Shown here in pieces: positions 35,401 through 48,780 of a DNA stretch of 64,000 bases. The translations under genes and the position numbers were made by a program. Location of the stretch: assembly GCF_006345805.1 (NCBI RefSeq), contig NC_042998.1, positions 183,768,001 through 183,832,000 on the forward strand. Direction: 5' to 3'. Under the pieces are notes generated by a model. That model made no database searches, was not told the origin of the DNA, and saw nothing but the letters and a program-made list of their open reading frames with translations. Within the stretch, counting starts at the first letter, position 1. Each line of letters begins with the position of its first letter. Source of the DNA: Octopus sinensis (lineage: Eukaryota).

Positions 35401-35755
35401 TTTGATGAAGACTTTTGAATATCTTTGTATAGAGGAAGATTTGTTATATCAATATGTGCATTGCACATGTTGGCAGAGTAAACAGCCTGTATCACATAAA
35501 ATCATGCCCACCTATGCGTTATTTTCGGTACAACATTTGTTTGTCTGTGTGCGCATGTATGGATGTGTTACAGTGTTAATGAATATTGATAAGAAAATGC
35601 ATAAAAGGAAATAACTTCCCGTTTAAGAATCCATACAACACGAGAAGAAAACACATTACAAAGAAGGAAGATTAAATTAACAGGATTAACTAAATTAACG
35701 AAAGTTTAATTAAGAACCTAGTTTCAGAGATACTCACACTATTTTAAACTTTTCC

Positions 35756-35842
<87 letters not shown>

Positions 35843-36108
35843 ACACTAACTGCTGTTTGCATATTTATTTTGGAGTATACTCTTCGCTGGTGACAAGTGT
35901 CTAAAGACAGTTATTACCCAATACGTGAACGCAAATGTACAAATGTTTTGTTGTTATATATTTTATTATTGTTTAGCTCCGAGTCAACCCAATTCGCAAA
36001 GGAGTCACAAGGAAAGCAGAAAAGTATTCTACTTCGTCATAAAAGAACGAAATAATGAAATGCACATTTGGATGCTGCTAGCATATATATATATATATAT
36101 ATATATAT

Positions 36109-36560
36109 GTCATCATCATCATCGTTCAACGTCTGTTTTCCGTGCTAGCACGGGTTGGACTTTTCGACTGGGGTCTGGGAAGCCAGGAGGCTGCACCAGG
36201 CTCCGGTCTGATCTGGCAGTGTTTCTACAGCTGGATGCCCTTCCTAACGCCAACCACTCCGTGAGTGTAGTGGGTGCTTTTTACGTGCCACCGGCACAGA
36301 AGCCAGTCAAGGCGGTGCTGGCATCGGCCACGTTCGGATGGTGCTTTTTACGTGCCACCGGTGCAGGTATCAGAACTACAATTTCCATTTGATATTTATT
36401 TTGATGTTGATGTACTTGACTCAGTAGGTCTCCTCAAGCACAGCAGGTCGTTCTGCAATCCAAGGTACTTTGGATGGACTGGGGCTATGCGAAACTGGTG
36501 CAGGAAGAGCCATGAACTCACATTATTTGTCGGGTCTTTGCAGTCACAGCATACATATTA
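36109..36560 (-). mobile_element. RTE-type 3' end / non-autonomous RTE with (GAT)n tail
   Basis: ctggatgcccttcctaacgccaaccac and a catcatcatc tail, typical of RTE 3' UTRs. Confidence 0.7.
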
Positions 36561-36616
36561 TGAAAAACATATATCAGAAAAGAAGCACACTGTAAAGAAT
36601 GGAGCTGTTATTGTTA

Positions 36617-37462
36617 CAACAAAATTTTATATTTTAGACATAGAGTTATCCAAGGTTCCGCATCCACAAACTCAAAGCCTTGTGGACAGTTCGTCAGACT
36701 CTATATAAAGACAAAAATTTTTAATTTCTACATCGCTGACCTGAGAAAACGCTCAGAAATCGAGAAATACGTCTTAACAAAAACGTTAATGAGGACAGGT
36801 TATCTTCCTCGAACCAGAGGAAATAAAACAACCCTTTTAGGCCTGAAGAGGCCTAACTAGCAAACGGGGAGATCCAATTTTCCAGTAAGTAACGTTTGAA
36901 GAGGACACATTTAGAAAACACTTCTTTACGACTATTTAACGCGCCAGGTTTCGTATAGTCCCAAAGAATTTTGGCTCTCTCCGATATGCAGATCTTGCAA
37001 CGGTCATTTCCATTAATACATGGGTCCGGATGATCAATTAATTTCCACCTGAGATCACACGGGGCCCCTTGATCTTTGAGGTGTCACACATGGCGGGCCA
37101 GGTACGTGACAAACCGTCCTTACGGGACTCTGAAGGTTGACTGGTGGTTAAGAAAACGTCGCTTGGAAGCAGTACTAGCAGATCCATTATATATTTACAA
37201 ACATGGGATGTGGCCATATTCGCACCCCTGGTAACATATGGTATGGGGCCAGTTATCCAATCGGTATCGAAGGGAATTATTTGGTCGTCATCTGAGCTGG
37301 TGGTACTGGGAACGCCGGATACCTCCTCCATGTTGCTGGTCCTGGATTGGTCATCATTTCTAGGTCTGCGACGTATAGAGTCTGACGAGCTGTCCACAGT
37401 GCTTTGGCTTTGTGGATGCGAAACCTTGGGTAATTCTATGTCCAAGATATAAAATTTTGTTG
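36617..37462. mobile_element. 846-bp TA-flanked TIR element (Tc1/mariner-type non-autonomous) with about 90-bp TIRs
   Basis: TA|CAACAAAATTTTATAT... and ...ATATAAAATTTTGTTG|TA; arms 36617-36706 and 37372-37462. Confidence 0.85.
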
Positions 37463-37707
37463 TATATATATATATATATATATAAGTAGTGAATAGCTAC
37501 CAAATACCTAAGCCAAGATTCAAAAGCGAAACCACATTTTGTCACAAGCCATCGGCTTTTTGTTTTCGCCTGTTGCAATAGGAAATTTATAAGAATAATT
37601 TGACCTCTCAGTCTTTCACGAGTCATACATAGTTCAGAACTGATACAGAGGAGAAATCCTTTATTTTTGACTTAATTTAGTTAGGAAAAATATAAATAAA
37701 CAACCAC

Positions 37708-37854
37708 AAATAAGTTCCTTCTCTTTTGGTCGAGCGACTTCTGATCAGAGAGCATCTATTTTCTTCCTTCTTTCTAACATCAGACAGAAAGAAGGAAGAA
37801 GGATAAATGCTCAGTGATAAGGGGTCGCTCGACCAAAAGAGAAGGAACTTATTT
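37708..37854. repeat. About 147-bp imperfect fold-back palindrome
   Basis: aaataagttccttctcttttggtcgagcgac ... gtcgctcgaccaaaagagaaggaacttattt. Confidence 0.9.
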
Positions 37855-38431
37855 ATTTCTATTTATTTATATTGTTCTTAACCAAATTAGTCAAGCTAAA
37901 ACAAAGGATTTTCCGGATAACCGAGGTTTCAGTGTACCCAACTTCAGCAATAAAATGAAGAAAAAAAAATCTCTTGATCCAGTGAATATTATGCGAAATC
38001 AGTTGTTGAACGCAATCACCGGCACTATGCAATTAAACGGAGCAATTAACCATATTTATATAATTATATGTAATTAAAAAATAGCAATAAATTATTTTAT
38101 GAAGCTGAGGGTGATGAAAACACAGGATTGTTTGCTTTTCGTTATTTACCAATCATAAATGTTAGAGAACCTATCGCTCATATTGGCATTCTCCTCCACT
38201 CTAGTTGTTCAGAAACTATTCTCATTTCTTCGTGATTAATTTTCTCCTATGTGTATTTACTGTTCTATAGTGATCTAGACATTACTTGAGATTCCATATA
38301 ACATTGTTTATATGTATTTCTGACGTAAATAAAGCTGCTGCCACGAAATTATCAGCTAATCCATAAATATCAAAACTATCGGGAACAGGTGGAAATTTCT
38401 CATCTTTTCACGCATAATATTGATTTAGAAA

Positions 38432-38498
<67 letters not shown>

Positions 38499-39360
38499 TT
38501 AATAATAAGCGAGATATTTTTTCTTTTCTTTTGTTTTTATTCAACGATTCATGGTTTCCCTCACATGTCTGAATAAAACATCTTAACCATTTCTCGCAGA
38601 CATATTGTAGTTAATGCATTTTTATGCTCGGTTACGCACTCAGGTTATCCAACTTGTTTAGTTGGAAGTAAACATCTGATAATCAAACTTTTTCATTAGC
38701 TACTCTGAGTCTGTGCAGGAAATAGTGAACAAGATAGTCGAGTAGATAGCTAAGCTATTAAAACTGCAAGCTTGCTACATTTATTTCCTTTCTCTAGGCA
38801 GGGGTACTTATTTTAATTTTGCTTCAGCTTTACTTAACCGTATTTGACGGCATAAAAGATGTACCCCATTTTCAGCAGCGCATATTCAGAAAAATAGTGT
38901 TAGATGCTTTAAACGCATGTAATATTTAAAACAACTTCGCACATAAGACCTAGAGCGACGACTTCTTCTTTCTTCTTCTTCTTCTTCTTCTTCTTCTTCT
39001 TCTTCTTCTTCTTCTTCTTCTTCTTCTTCTTCTTCTTCTTCTTCTTCGTGGAAGATGTCTTATATGCACTCAAACAACGATAACTATTGGTATGGTGTAT
39101 AAAATCCAGGGCTAACAAGGTCATTTTTTTCTTTTCTTTTCTATTCTTTTACCTATTTCAGTCATTTGACAATAGCCATGCTGGGGCAACGCCTTGTAGG
39201 GTTTTAGTCGAGTAAATCGACTTATTATTATTTTTTTTTATTAAAGCCTAGTCTTTATTCTAAAAGTCTCTTTTGCAGAACCGCTAAGTTACGGAAACGT
39301 AAACACACCAGCACTGGTTGTTAAGCGGTGGTTGGGAACAAACACAGACAGACAGACAGA

Positions 39361-40320
39361 CTTGCGAAAGTTATGTCCCCCAAATGATTCTGTAAACTAC
39401 GAAACAAATGGTAGTCTGAAGGAGCAAGATCGGGAGAATAAGGTGGATGAGGAATTTTTTCCCAACCAAGCTCTTCGATCTTCTGTGATGTGATCTTTGC
39501 AGTGTAGGGCCGCGCATTGTCCTGATGAAACATCACTCCTTTTCCATTCACTAAAGCGGGTCGTTTTTCTTCAAAGTTTGGTTCAAACGCTCCTACTTGC
39601 TGACAGAAGATTTGAGCATTGATTGTTGCATTAGGTGGTACAATTCAAAGTGAATTACTCCTTTGCAATCCCACCAGATAGAGAGAAGAACCTTTTCCCT
39701 ATGAAGTTGCCTTCTCGGTTGTGGTTGAGCTTTTTCCCTTTTACGATGTTTAACATTTCGATAGAAGATCCATTTTTCATCACCAGTCAATAAGAGTGAA
39801 ATGAGTTCCTCGAGAATGGAGAGAAGAGCAGATATCAACTCGGGATTTGCAGTTGCTTTCGGACAATTCACGAGTTACCCATTTTCCAAGTTTAGGAACC
39901 TTTCCAAGTTGTTGAAGATGACGATGAACAGTTGTATGGTTTGAACTAAGCTTTATTGCCAATTCTTCAACTGATAATGCAAGATTTTCTTCAAGTAATA
40001 CCTCAAACTCAACTGGACATCCTGTTCGATCTTCATTTTCAAGGCTGCAATCTCAACTTCTGAATTTTGCAAATCATCTTCTGCAAGTTCGTTCATTCAA
40101 GCATTCTTTCCCATAAACTGAGTGTATGTTTCGAGTCACTTCGGCTGCAGAGTTTCCTTTTTTGTACTCATAAAGCATTATGCACCTCAAATGCTCTTTG
40201 GATACTTCCATGTTAGAAAGGGTTTTAATCAAAGAAATTTTAATTCTATTATTCTGTAAAATAATATTTAATTAGTTTAAATGTACACGAATGCATAAAA
40301 ATAATTTTTGATTCCATTAG
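39361..40320 (-). mobile_element. Decayed mariner (Mos1/SETMAR-like) transposase
   Basis: TGDEKW, KVLLSIWWDCKGVIHFEL, FHQDNARP, HPPYSPDLAPSDYHLF. Confidence 0.92.
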
Positions 40321-40401
40321 ACATTTTAAATACTATTAAATTTCATTCAATTTTAAAAAAGGTAAAATCGGACAGAATTTATGGGATGACTTTATATATG
40401 T

Positions 40402-40560
40402 ACGATGGGGTTCTTTCAGTTTCCGTCTACCAAATCCACTCACATGGATTTGGTCGGTCCGAGGCTATAGTAGAAGACATTTTCCCAAAGTGCCACGCAG
40501 TTGGACTGAACCCGGCACCATGTGGTTGGGAAGCAAGCTTCATACTACACACCCACGCCT
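40402..40560 (-). mobile_element. CORE-type SINE 5' half
   Basis: acgatggggttctttcagtttccgtctaccaaatccactcac...gaacccggcaccatgtggttgggaagc. Confidence 0.7.
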
Positions 40561-40808
40561 GCACCTAATTTGTTTCCTTTTTGGACATTTACCGCATTCA
40601 CTCAACTATAGATTCGATGGCGATAAATTTCCAACAAGCCTATTATAGGATTATGACATTTTGACTGTATCAAGGGAGTGCGTGTGACTTGTTGCAGAAC
40701 ACATATTCCAAGTCACTTCGTTCACAAAACATTGCTTGTTCGATTCGCTCCTAGGTGTTTACTTCCTTCGCTTTATACATAAGTGAAAGTTCACACACAC
40801 ACGCACGC

Positions 40809-40874
<66 letters not shown>

Positions 40875-40877
<3 letters not shown>

Positions 40878-41029
40878 AACGTGTAAATATTGGGCTTTAA
40901 AAAAACCCCTTGGACAGGTCTTTTTAAGCCAATATTTACACGGTCCATCTACTTCGTATTCCACCTTTAAAAACGATATATTTCACGTCTCGAAGTTTCT
41001 AAATTCTTATCATTCACACACACACACAC

Positions 41030-41071
<42 letters not shown>

Positions 41072-41220
41072 AACGTGTAAATATTGGGCTTTAAAAAAAC
41101 CCCTTGGACAGGTCTTTTTAAGCCAATATTTACACGGTCCATCTACTTCGTATTCCACCTTTAAAAACGATATATTTCACGTCTCGAAGTTTCTAATTCT
41201 TATCATTCACACACACACAC
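40875..41220. repeat. Tandem duplication, period 194 bp, bounded by (CA)n
   Basis: Unique segments starting at 40875 and 41069 are identical except for a 1-bp indel. Confidence 0.95.
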
Positions 41221-41501
41221 ACAAACACATCGTTTATAACGAACAAGATAAAAAGTATGCATGGTGTAGAGTATAATCATATTTATTCGGCTAATGCTGT
41301 TTGTCGTTACACGAAGTTTCACGATAATTTGATCAATCAAATGGTTGTTTGTCTGTAATGAAGACAGTTTTTTTTTCATTGCAGACCAAAACACATACAC
41401 ACTCATTTATGTATACAAATGCACACAATACACAGCACCCACACACATTCACACGGACATACACACACACTCACTCACTCACTCACTCACTCACTCACTC
41501 A

Positions 41502-41561
<60 letters not shown>

Positions 41562-41774
41562 TATAGTTGTATTTCGGGAGGCAATCCTGTACAATATATA
41601 GAAAAACAAAATATGTAAGGGTTGCAGTTCATCTTTTCTTTTCTTATTGTTATGTATTGATTTGTCAGTGTTTCGACATACGACAATAGCCTATTCAATG
41701 AGTTCTCTGTAACTAGCTTTCTTTCGCGAGCGTGATATCCACCCATCCGTCCGTCCGTCGTCCGTCCGTCCGTC

Positions 41775-41805
<31 letters not shown>

Positions 41806-42010
41806 CTATCTCTCTGTCTGTCTGTCAATCTATCTATCAATTGTCATACATGAATATGCGTACATGTGTGAGCATGTTTGTTGTCATTTTCTTGTACGGT
41901 TTGTGTACGCGTGTGATAGTAATTGAGATGATGCAGGGTCCACATGAATGCGAGCATACTTGCATACCATATCTTTTTGTTTTCGTTACACGCACACACA
42001 CATACACGAG

Positions 42011-42052
<42 letters not shown>

Positions 42053-42068
42053 TATATATATATATATA

Positions 42069-43784
42069 TAGGGTGTCCCAAAAGTCGCGCATCATCCTGT
42101 TTTCTTTTTTAAAAAATACACCTTTATTGAAATTAATCATAACAAATGCTCAAATTCAGCATCCTCTGCAATAAAATATGCATCAATTCTCTTTATGAAA
42201 CTATCTTTCACACTCCCGAGGGTGGAAAGGGTGACCTTTCGGCACTCAGTTGTCATTGCATCCTTCAAAGCATCAAGAGTGCGTGGACGATTCTGGCACA
42301 CAACAGATTTGAGATGTCCCCAAAGGAAATAGTCAAGGGCAGTAAGATCCAGGGATCAGGGTGGCCACTCCACGGAACCTCTCCGTCTAATCCATCAGTT
42401 AAGAAAGGTCTGGTTTAAGTAGTTACGCACGCAATTAGTAAGGTGTGCTGGAGCCCCATCTTGCTGCAAAAGGAAGTTTTTTCATCGAAGTGTGGGAACA
42501 TCCTCAAGATAGTCAAACAAGAAGGTCTGCAGGGGCTCTGAATAGGTTTCACCGGTGACATCTTTATATATAAAAGTGAGGTTGTGTGCTGTCTGTCTCC
42601 TACGATTTAGATTCCTAACTACTCCCACATTTTGCGGTGCAGTTTAACCAAAACCGGGTATCTTATAGTCGTGATTCATATCGAGCCCTTCTCGATATTA
42701 GCGCGCGTCTACGATGAGTCTACGATTTAAAAAAAAAAATTACCATCAATTTTTCCCATTTTTTAATGCATTTTTGGCATATATTAGGGAAGTAACTCTC
42801 TAAAAATTTATTATTAAATCTCAGAACGTAAAAAGCTTCAGTAACACCCCCCCCCCTTTGTGGTTAGCCATATTAAGATGGCTATTATACTTTACATCTC
42901 TAAAAATACTTCTATAGTTATTTCCCTTACAAACCCGAGCAACGCCGGGCGATACTGTTAGTTATCATTAAAAAAGTAAGCACCAATGATTTCTTCCTCC
43001 CAGATTCCAGCCCAGACCATGATCCTCGGGTTGTTCTTTCTGATGGTGTCCCCTCCTCATTCCAACGTGGATTGTTACCTGACCAATAGCGCATATTGTG
43101 CCGGTTTCCTTGGCCAATCAAATGGAAAATGGCTTCATCACTGACGAATATTAAAGAATCTTTATGTGCGTGAATCCATTCACAGAATTCCAATCGTGGA
43201 TCTTTGTTATCACCATGAAGAGCTTGCACAGGGTGCGCTTTGTACGGATGAAATTTGTGAGTCTTGAGAATACGATGCACTGATGATTTGCTAATGTTTA
43301 CCTCCTGGCTTCTCTTCTGACTCCTGGCTTCTCTTCACAGGACTACTAACAACTTTCGCCAAAATAATTGTGGATGTTTCTTCACCAGTTACACACTTTG
43401 GTCACCCATATCTCTTATGGTCAGCAACTAAGCCATCTTCTTGGAAACGTCTGATTAAACGGCAGACAGTAGTATGGCTCAATGGCTCTCGCTCAGGGTG
43501 TTTCCGGTTGAATTCTTTAGCTACTGAGCGGTGTATTGCCCCATCTCTTCCAAACATGAAAACAATTTGAACTCTTTCTTTCACTCTTAGTTTACTAGCC
43601 ATAATTAAATCTGAAAGATAGAAAAGATAGAAAATAAATTGAATATAATAAAATAAATTGGAAAAAAAATTTAGAAAAATAAATTGAATAAAATAAAATA
43701 AATTAGAAAAAATAAAATAAAATAAATTGCCTCAATTATTTTTAATGAAAACCAGAATGGTGCGTCATTTCTGGGACACTCAGT
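42069..43784 (-). mobile_element. Decayed IS630/Tc1/mariner element (DUF4817-type HTH) with a Helitron inserted
   Basis: MASKLRVKERVQIV...HTTVCRLIRRF, F.SDEA.FHL.G..NRHN.RYW, QQDGAP.H, WPP.SPDL; TIR-like gggtgtcccaaaagtcgcgcatca / tggtgcgtcatttctgggacactcag. Confidence 0.85.
42561..42961 (+). mobile_element. Non-autonomous Helitron
   Basis: A|TCTTTATATATAAAA...CCCGAGCAACGCCGGG...GTTAG|T. Confidence 0.92.
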
Positions 43785-43785
43785 A

Positions 43786-44106
<321 letters not shown>

Positions 44107-44310
44107 AGTTGAAATTTATAGAAAAACAAAAGACAAAGACAAGTGTATGAACAACTAGCAGGTGTATTAGTTTGACGATCGGGAAGGTGAGAAAGTCTTT
44201 TACGTTTCGAGTCTATGCTCTTCAACAGACAAGAATAAGAGAAAATAAACAGAGAGAGAATAAAAAACGTGTGGATTTAGCGATCAAGTATGCCGACTGG
44301 TTATATGCGT
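44107..44310 (-). mobile_element. Penelope-type pseudo-LTR remnant with hammerhead-like motif, ending in (TA)n
   Basis: Minus strand gtctgTTGAAGAgcatagactcGAAAcgtaaaagac (44230-44195); homologous to 26830-27066. Confidence 0.6.
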
Positions 44311-44377
<67 letters not shown>

Positions 44378-44999
44378 GTGTGTGTGTATGTATTTTGATA
44401 TTCTTTATTGTCTAGTTGCTGTCAGCTTAGCAGTTAACCATTCGGAGTGGTTTTTACAATACAGCAGCGCCATCGAGCTTGTTAATGCCACCATGTATAA
44501 TTTCACCTGAGGATTGATATAAAACGCGAAAGTACTTGTAAAAATGTCAAAATACAAAAATGAAATGTGAAAATCGGACAGTGTCGGAATTTGATTCACA
44601 CACACACATACACACACACACACACCGCACATTCAATTTCGGCGAAACAATCAGTTTCATCTAAGTTGTTATCATGTTTGCTGAATTGATATCTAATGCA
44701 CTAATCTTATAATTCTAAAGCGAACTGACACGAGCAGGATACTACAGAACAGTAACCAATACTAAAGGACTGCAATATCTGCCATTTCTATAAATATCCC
44801 TATATTAAAATCTATATTCATTTACATAATATTGAGATTTCTATATACTTCTATTTATATGTATCATTATGTTGAATAATTTTCCAGACACACTGACACC
44901 ATCAAATTATCTTTCCTTATCAGATGACTGGTTTCGTTATACATCAGCAAATGGATATTTCATCTTGTTCACAGACAAAACATATACATACACGGACTG

Positions 45000-45034
<35 letters not shown>

Positions 45035-45245
45035 GTGTGTGTGCGCGCGCGCGCGTGTGTGTGTCTTCTCCCTCTCTCCTTCTCAATTATTCCCTTCTTT
45101 TTTTTTAGTTTCAAATAGCATAAATAACTGACTTTATAATTTACTGTGTGAAATGTTTTGAATGAGATGAAATTACTGCAACCTGAAACGAGTTTGCCAA
45201 TACGGCGAATGAAGAAAGTAAAATGTAATAGCTCTCATGTCGAAC

Positions 45246-45342
<97 letters not shown>

Positions 45343-46279
45343 TGTATGTATGTATGTATGTATGTTTGGGGTCCAAGCAAATTGTACCAACAGACTGGTT
45401 CATGAATGTTCTTAAACTGACGGCAGACTCGACGAATAGTCAAATAAATAAAAAGTAATTTTTGACAACAAACTAGGTTCAAATTTCGGTTTTAAAAGAA
45501 GCGCGGTCGTTGGGGTCGATATAGACGGTTGAATTAACCTACAGTACTTTAGTTTTATCGATTCCGTTCCATTAACTTAAATATGTGAGCGATCTTTGAC
45601 GTGTAATAAGAGGCAACTGAAAGATGTCAGAGAAGTCATCTGTATCATCTATATCTCCTCGACGAGGCAGAAAGGAATCTCAGTCAGGCATGGGCAACTT
45701 TTTTCCTAAGAAGCGGGCCGCATGAGGCATGGATGATCATCAGGTGGCCAGCACTACTAAAAAAAATTCGAGTTAGCTAATTTTCCGTTAGCATGCCAAA
45801 TCTTTCGTATCACATCTAACAGTCTTAAAAAGACAAGGGCCCATTGGATAATACAGTTTGTAGATGTTCTATCTCTGAAAAATAGAACGGGATGCTAAAA
45901 TATTATTGATTATAGGTTTGTTTCACCAATAAAGGCCAGGGACTAAACACAATAACCTCAAACACATCTCAATGGGCCAATTCACCTAGCTATGTCATGA
46001 GGAAGCTATATCTCATAGCAATACAGATAATATAAGCAGCAGATATTGCATAACGTATAAATGAAGAAGGCTCCTTTTAGTGTTAAGCTCAGATTTTCCT
46101 ATCGATTGTACAATAATGGAATATGTACATACGTTTATCTATAACATACTTCTTCCTTCAGTCTACTACTCCTCTTCCATCTCCTTGCTATTTATATTTA
46201 TGTGAATGTGGTGCATATTATTATGTCAGACTTTACAAATAAAAGCTAACATTTTTGGTTGGTATTTGCTAACACTATT

Positions 46280-46960
46280 TTTCAAAATTTGCCCATATAT
46301 AGTCACAGTAAACTGTCGTTTAATTCCATGTGAATCGCAGATAACTTCCCTGAATCATTATCATGTCCTTTAATAGAGCCAGTTAATGCAAACGCTGCTT
46401 ATTTGTTATTTTCCCAATCGCTAGCTTCGGCAATTTGCATCTTTCGTATGACTTCGTTTATTTTTGCAAACGCTTTTTTGTAATACGAGCGTGAATCGAA
46501 GATACTGTCTAAAACCTACATTTGAATAAAAAATTTACGTTGGCACTCATTGTTATCGAATCTACTTGAATAAGAAGCAATTTAAGTTGGTTAGATTTTA
46601 TCTCGGTTGACTATTAAACGTTCTCATATAACTGATAGATTAATCGTGGTGAAAGCAATATGGCGATTGGTGACTCATATTAACAGAATAAATTGATGGT
46701 ATCGGAATAAATTAATTCATAAATCCTATTAAAAATCGATTGAACTTATTATTCTGAAGATAACTACGGCTTGTTGTTGGGATTGAACTGTAATTATCAA
46801 TAGCTACCATGCTGATAAACCACGTTGGGAAAACTACTAACAAACTCGTTTTGCACCAGAGATAATAGATTTAAGAATATGAATTTATAATCAGAGTGTT
46901 TTGTTAGCTTTATATTCATATGTAATTTAGCTGCTGAATTGATTAATTCTGTATTAGAAA
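46280..46960 (-). mobile_element. Possible decayed hAT transposase fragments
   Basis: LVQNEFVSSFPNV resembles the hAT dimerisation-domain FPN motif; weak. Confidence 0.3.
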
Positions 46961-48470
46961 ATACATGCATTCTTGCCATAAAATAGCTGTGAAGATATAA
47001 TTAATCATGAGAAGGTTTGAAAATCCAGGAATCGAAATATCACACTTACATTTTCTGTGTTTCTATTGACTTCGATACAGTCAGTGTTGTATGATGCATA
47101 GTTAGTTTCAAGTCTATATATATAAGAGGTTTTCTAGGCGTCTTTCTTTTGAGCTTTTCTTTTCCAGTTAAGTCCAGGTGTAGGAAATTTTAAGAATGTC
47201 CGTTGGGATAACAGCAAGAGATTATTTGTCTTTTTTTATTTCCTACATACCAGCAAGGATAGATTTCTTCCGACCTTATTCGCAGAATGATGCCACAAAC
47301 ATTTCCGCTTTAGACACAAGGCGACTAATATTAGAGGAAGGAAGTTGGTTAATCGATACTATCGATTACAGTACTTGATTAGTATTATATTTTATCGACC
47401 CTGAAAGAATGAAAGGTAAATATAAATCATTTTTTTCGATGCTCTAACGACTCCGCCTCTAACGATTCCGCTAAATCAGTGTGATGCAATAACCAGTACG
47501 TGGCTTGCATAGATTTTCTGATTCAGGCACACGATCAGCAACCCTAGAGGAGGGATGTAAGTTGATAGTAGGGTGGAGGGCACGATGCATTTCGGGGTAG
47601 TGCGATCGAGTTGGTTAATCTCCGCTCGCGTCCATTTCAGGATGAATTCACTCTAGCGGACTACAGCAACAGCCCATATGTTGATGGCAGTCACAAGGTT
47701 CCTTGAGTCAACTTCTTCTTGAAGTCAGAACTCAACAGGAGAGGAGATTGACCAACTCGTTCGCACTACCCAACTAACAATGATATTGTATGGTGTCCTC
47801 CACCCTAAGGCGAACGTACACAGGCTCTACATGAAAAGGTGTAAAGGTGGACGTGGGCTGGTTAGTGGAGTGCATCAGCAGTGAAAGAAGAAACATGGCA
47901 GAATATTTGGTAAATGGCAAACGAGACCTGCTACAGTATGCTGCTAATGCGGAAGGATTTATCAAATATGGACTTGAGAATGCTAATGAATTCCGATCAC
48001 GAATAACCAACGAGAGAGAAGAAACTCTACTCCGCATAGAATTACATGGTCAGTTCCACCGTGAAACTAACCAGGTAGCAACATGGAGGTAGCTCAGCAA
48101 GGGTGACGCTAAAAAAAGATTGAAAGCCTTACCATCGCTGCCCAGGATCAGGCAGTGAACACCGAGTGAAAAGGGACATATACCACACAAATGCAACGAA
48201 CCTCCGCATAATGTGTGGGAAGAGGGTCGAAAGCGTGACTTACATTGTTAGTGCTTGTGAAAGTCTTGTGCTGAAAGAGTACAAGCGCAGACACGACAAG
48301 GTGGCACAGAACCTTCATTGGCTACTATGCCGGAAGTATAGATGCGAGGTAACGGGTGCTTGATACCAACATACACCAGAAAAGGTAGTGGGCGAAAAGG
48401 GGAAGGCAAAATCGTCTGGGACTTTGACTTCCAGACAGACAAGGTGTTAGGATACCGAAGGCCGGATATT

Positions 48471-48682
48471 CTTTTCTACTCTAGGCACAAAGCCCGAAAT
48501 TTTGGAGGACAGGGGCCAGTCGATTAGATTAACACCAGTACGCAACTGGTACTTAATTTATCGACCCTGAAAGGATGAAAGGCAAGTCGACCTCGGCGGA
48601 ATTTGTACTCAGAACGTAAAGACAGACGAAATACTGCTAAGCATTTCGCCCGGCGTGCTAACGATTCTGCCAGCTCGCCGCC
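48471..48682 (-). mobile_element. Full-length tRNA SINE (S1 head, alternative tail), 3' half of the U6-SINE chimera
   Basis: Head GGCGGCGAGCTGGCAGAATCG at 48682; tail ...aaaatttcgggctttgtgcctagagtagaaaagaata. Confidence 0.93.
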
Positions 48683-48688
48683 ATTTAT

Positions 48689-48727
48689 AAGATATGGAAC
48701 GCTTCACGAATTTGCGTGAGGCCATGT

Positions 48728-48761
<34 letters not shown>

Positions 48762-48780
48762 TTACTGTCGAAGCAAGTAC
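48689..48780 (-). pseudogene. U6: U6 snRNA retrocopy with internal deletion, fused 5' of a SINE
   Basis: Minus strand GTACTTGCTTCGACAGTAAATATACTAAAATTGGAACGATACAGAGAAGATTAACATGGCCTCACGCAAATTCGTGAAGCGTTCCATATCTT matches canonical U6 from nt 1, including the ACAGAGA box; about 14 nt are missing after GGCC. Confidence 0.95.

Noticed and set aside
37814-38077. Possible host exon (VLNQISQAK...)
   Set aside because: No recognisable domain, no clear splice-site pair and no neighbouring exons.
45688-45780. hAT-like MITE starting caggcatgggcaac
   Set aside because: No matching right TIR or TSD was found by eye.
48689-48780. Functional U6 gene
   Set aside because: Upstream sequence is LINE coding DNA with no evident PSE/TATA, the ISL is deleted, the T-run terminator is broken, and it lies within a TSD.
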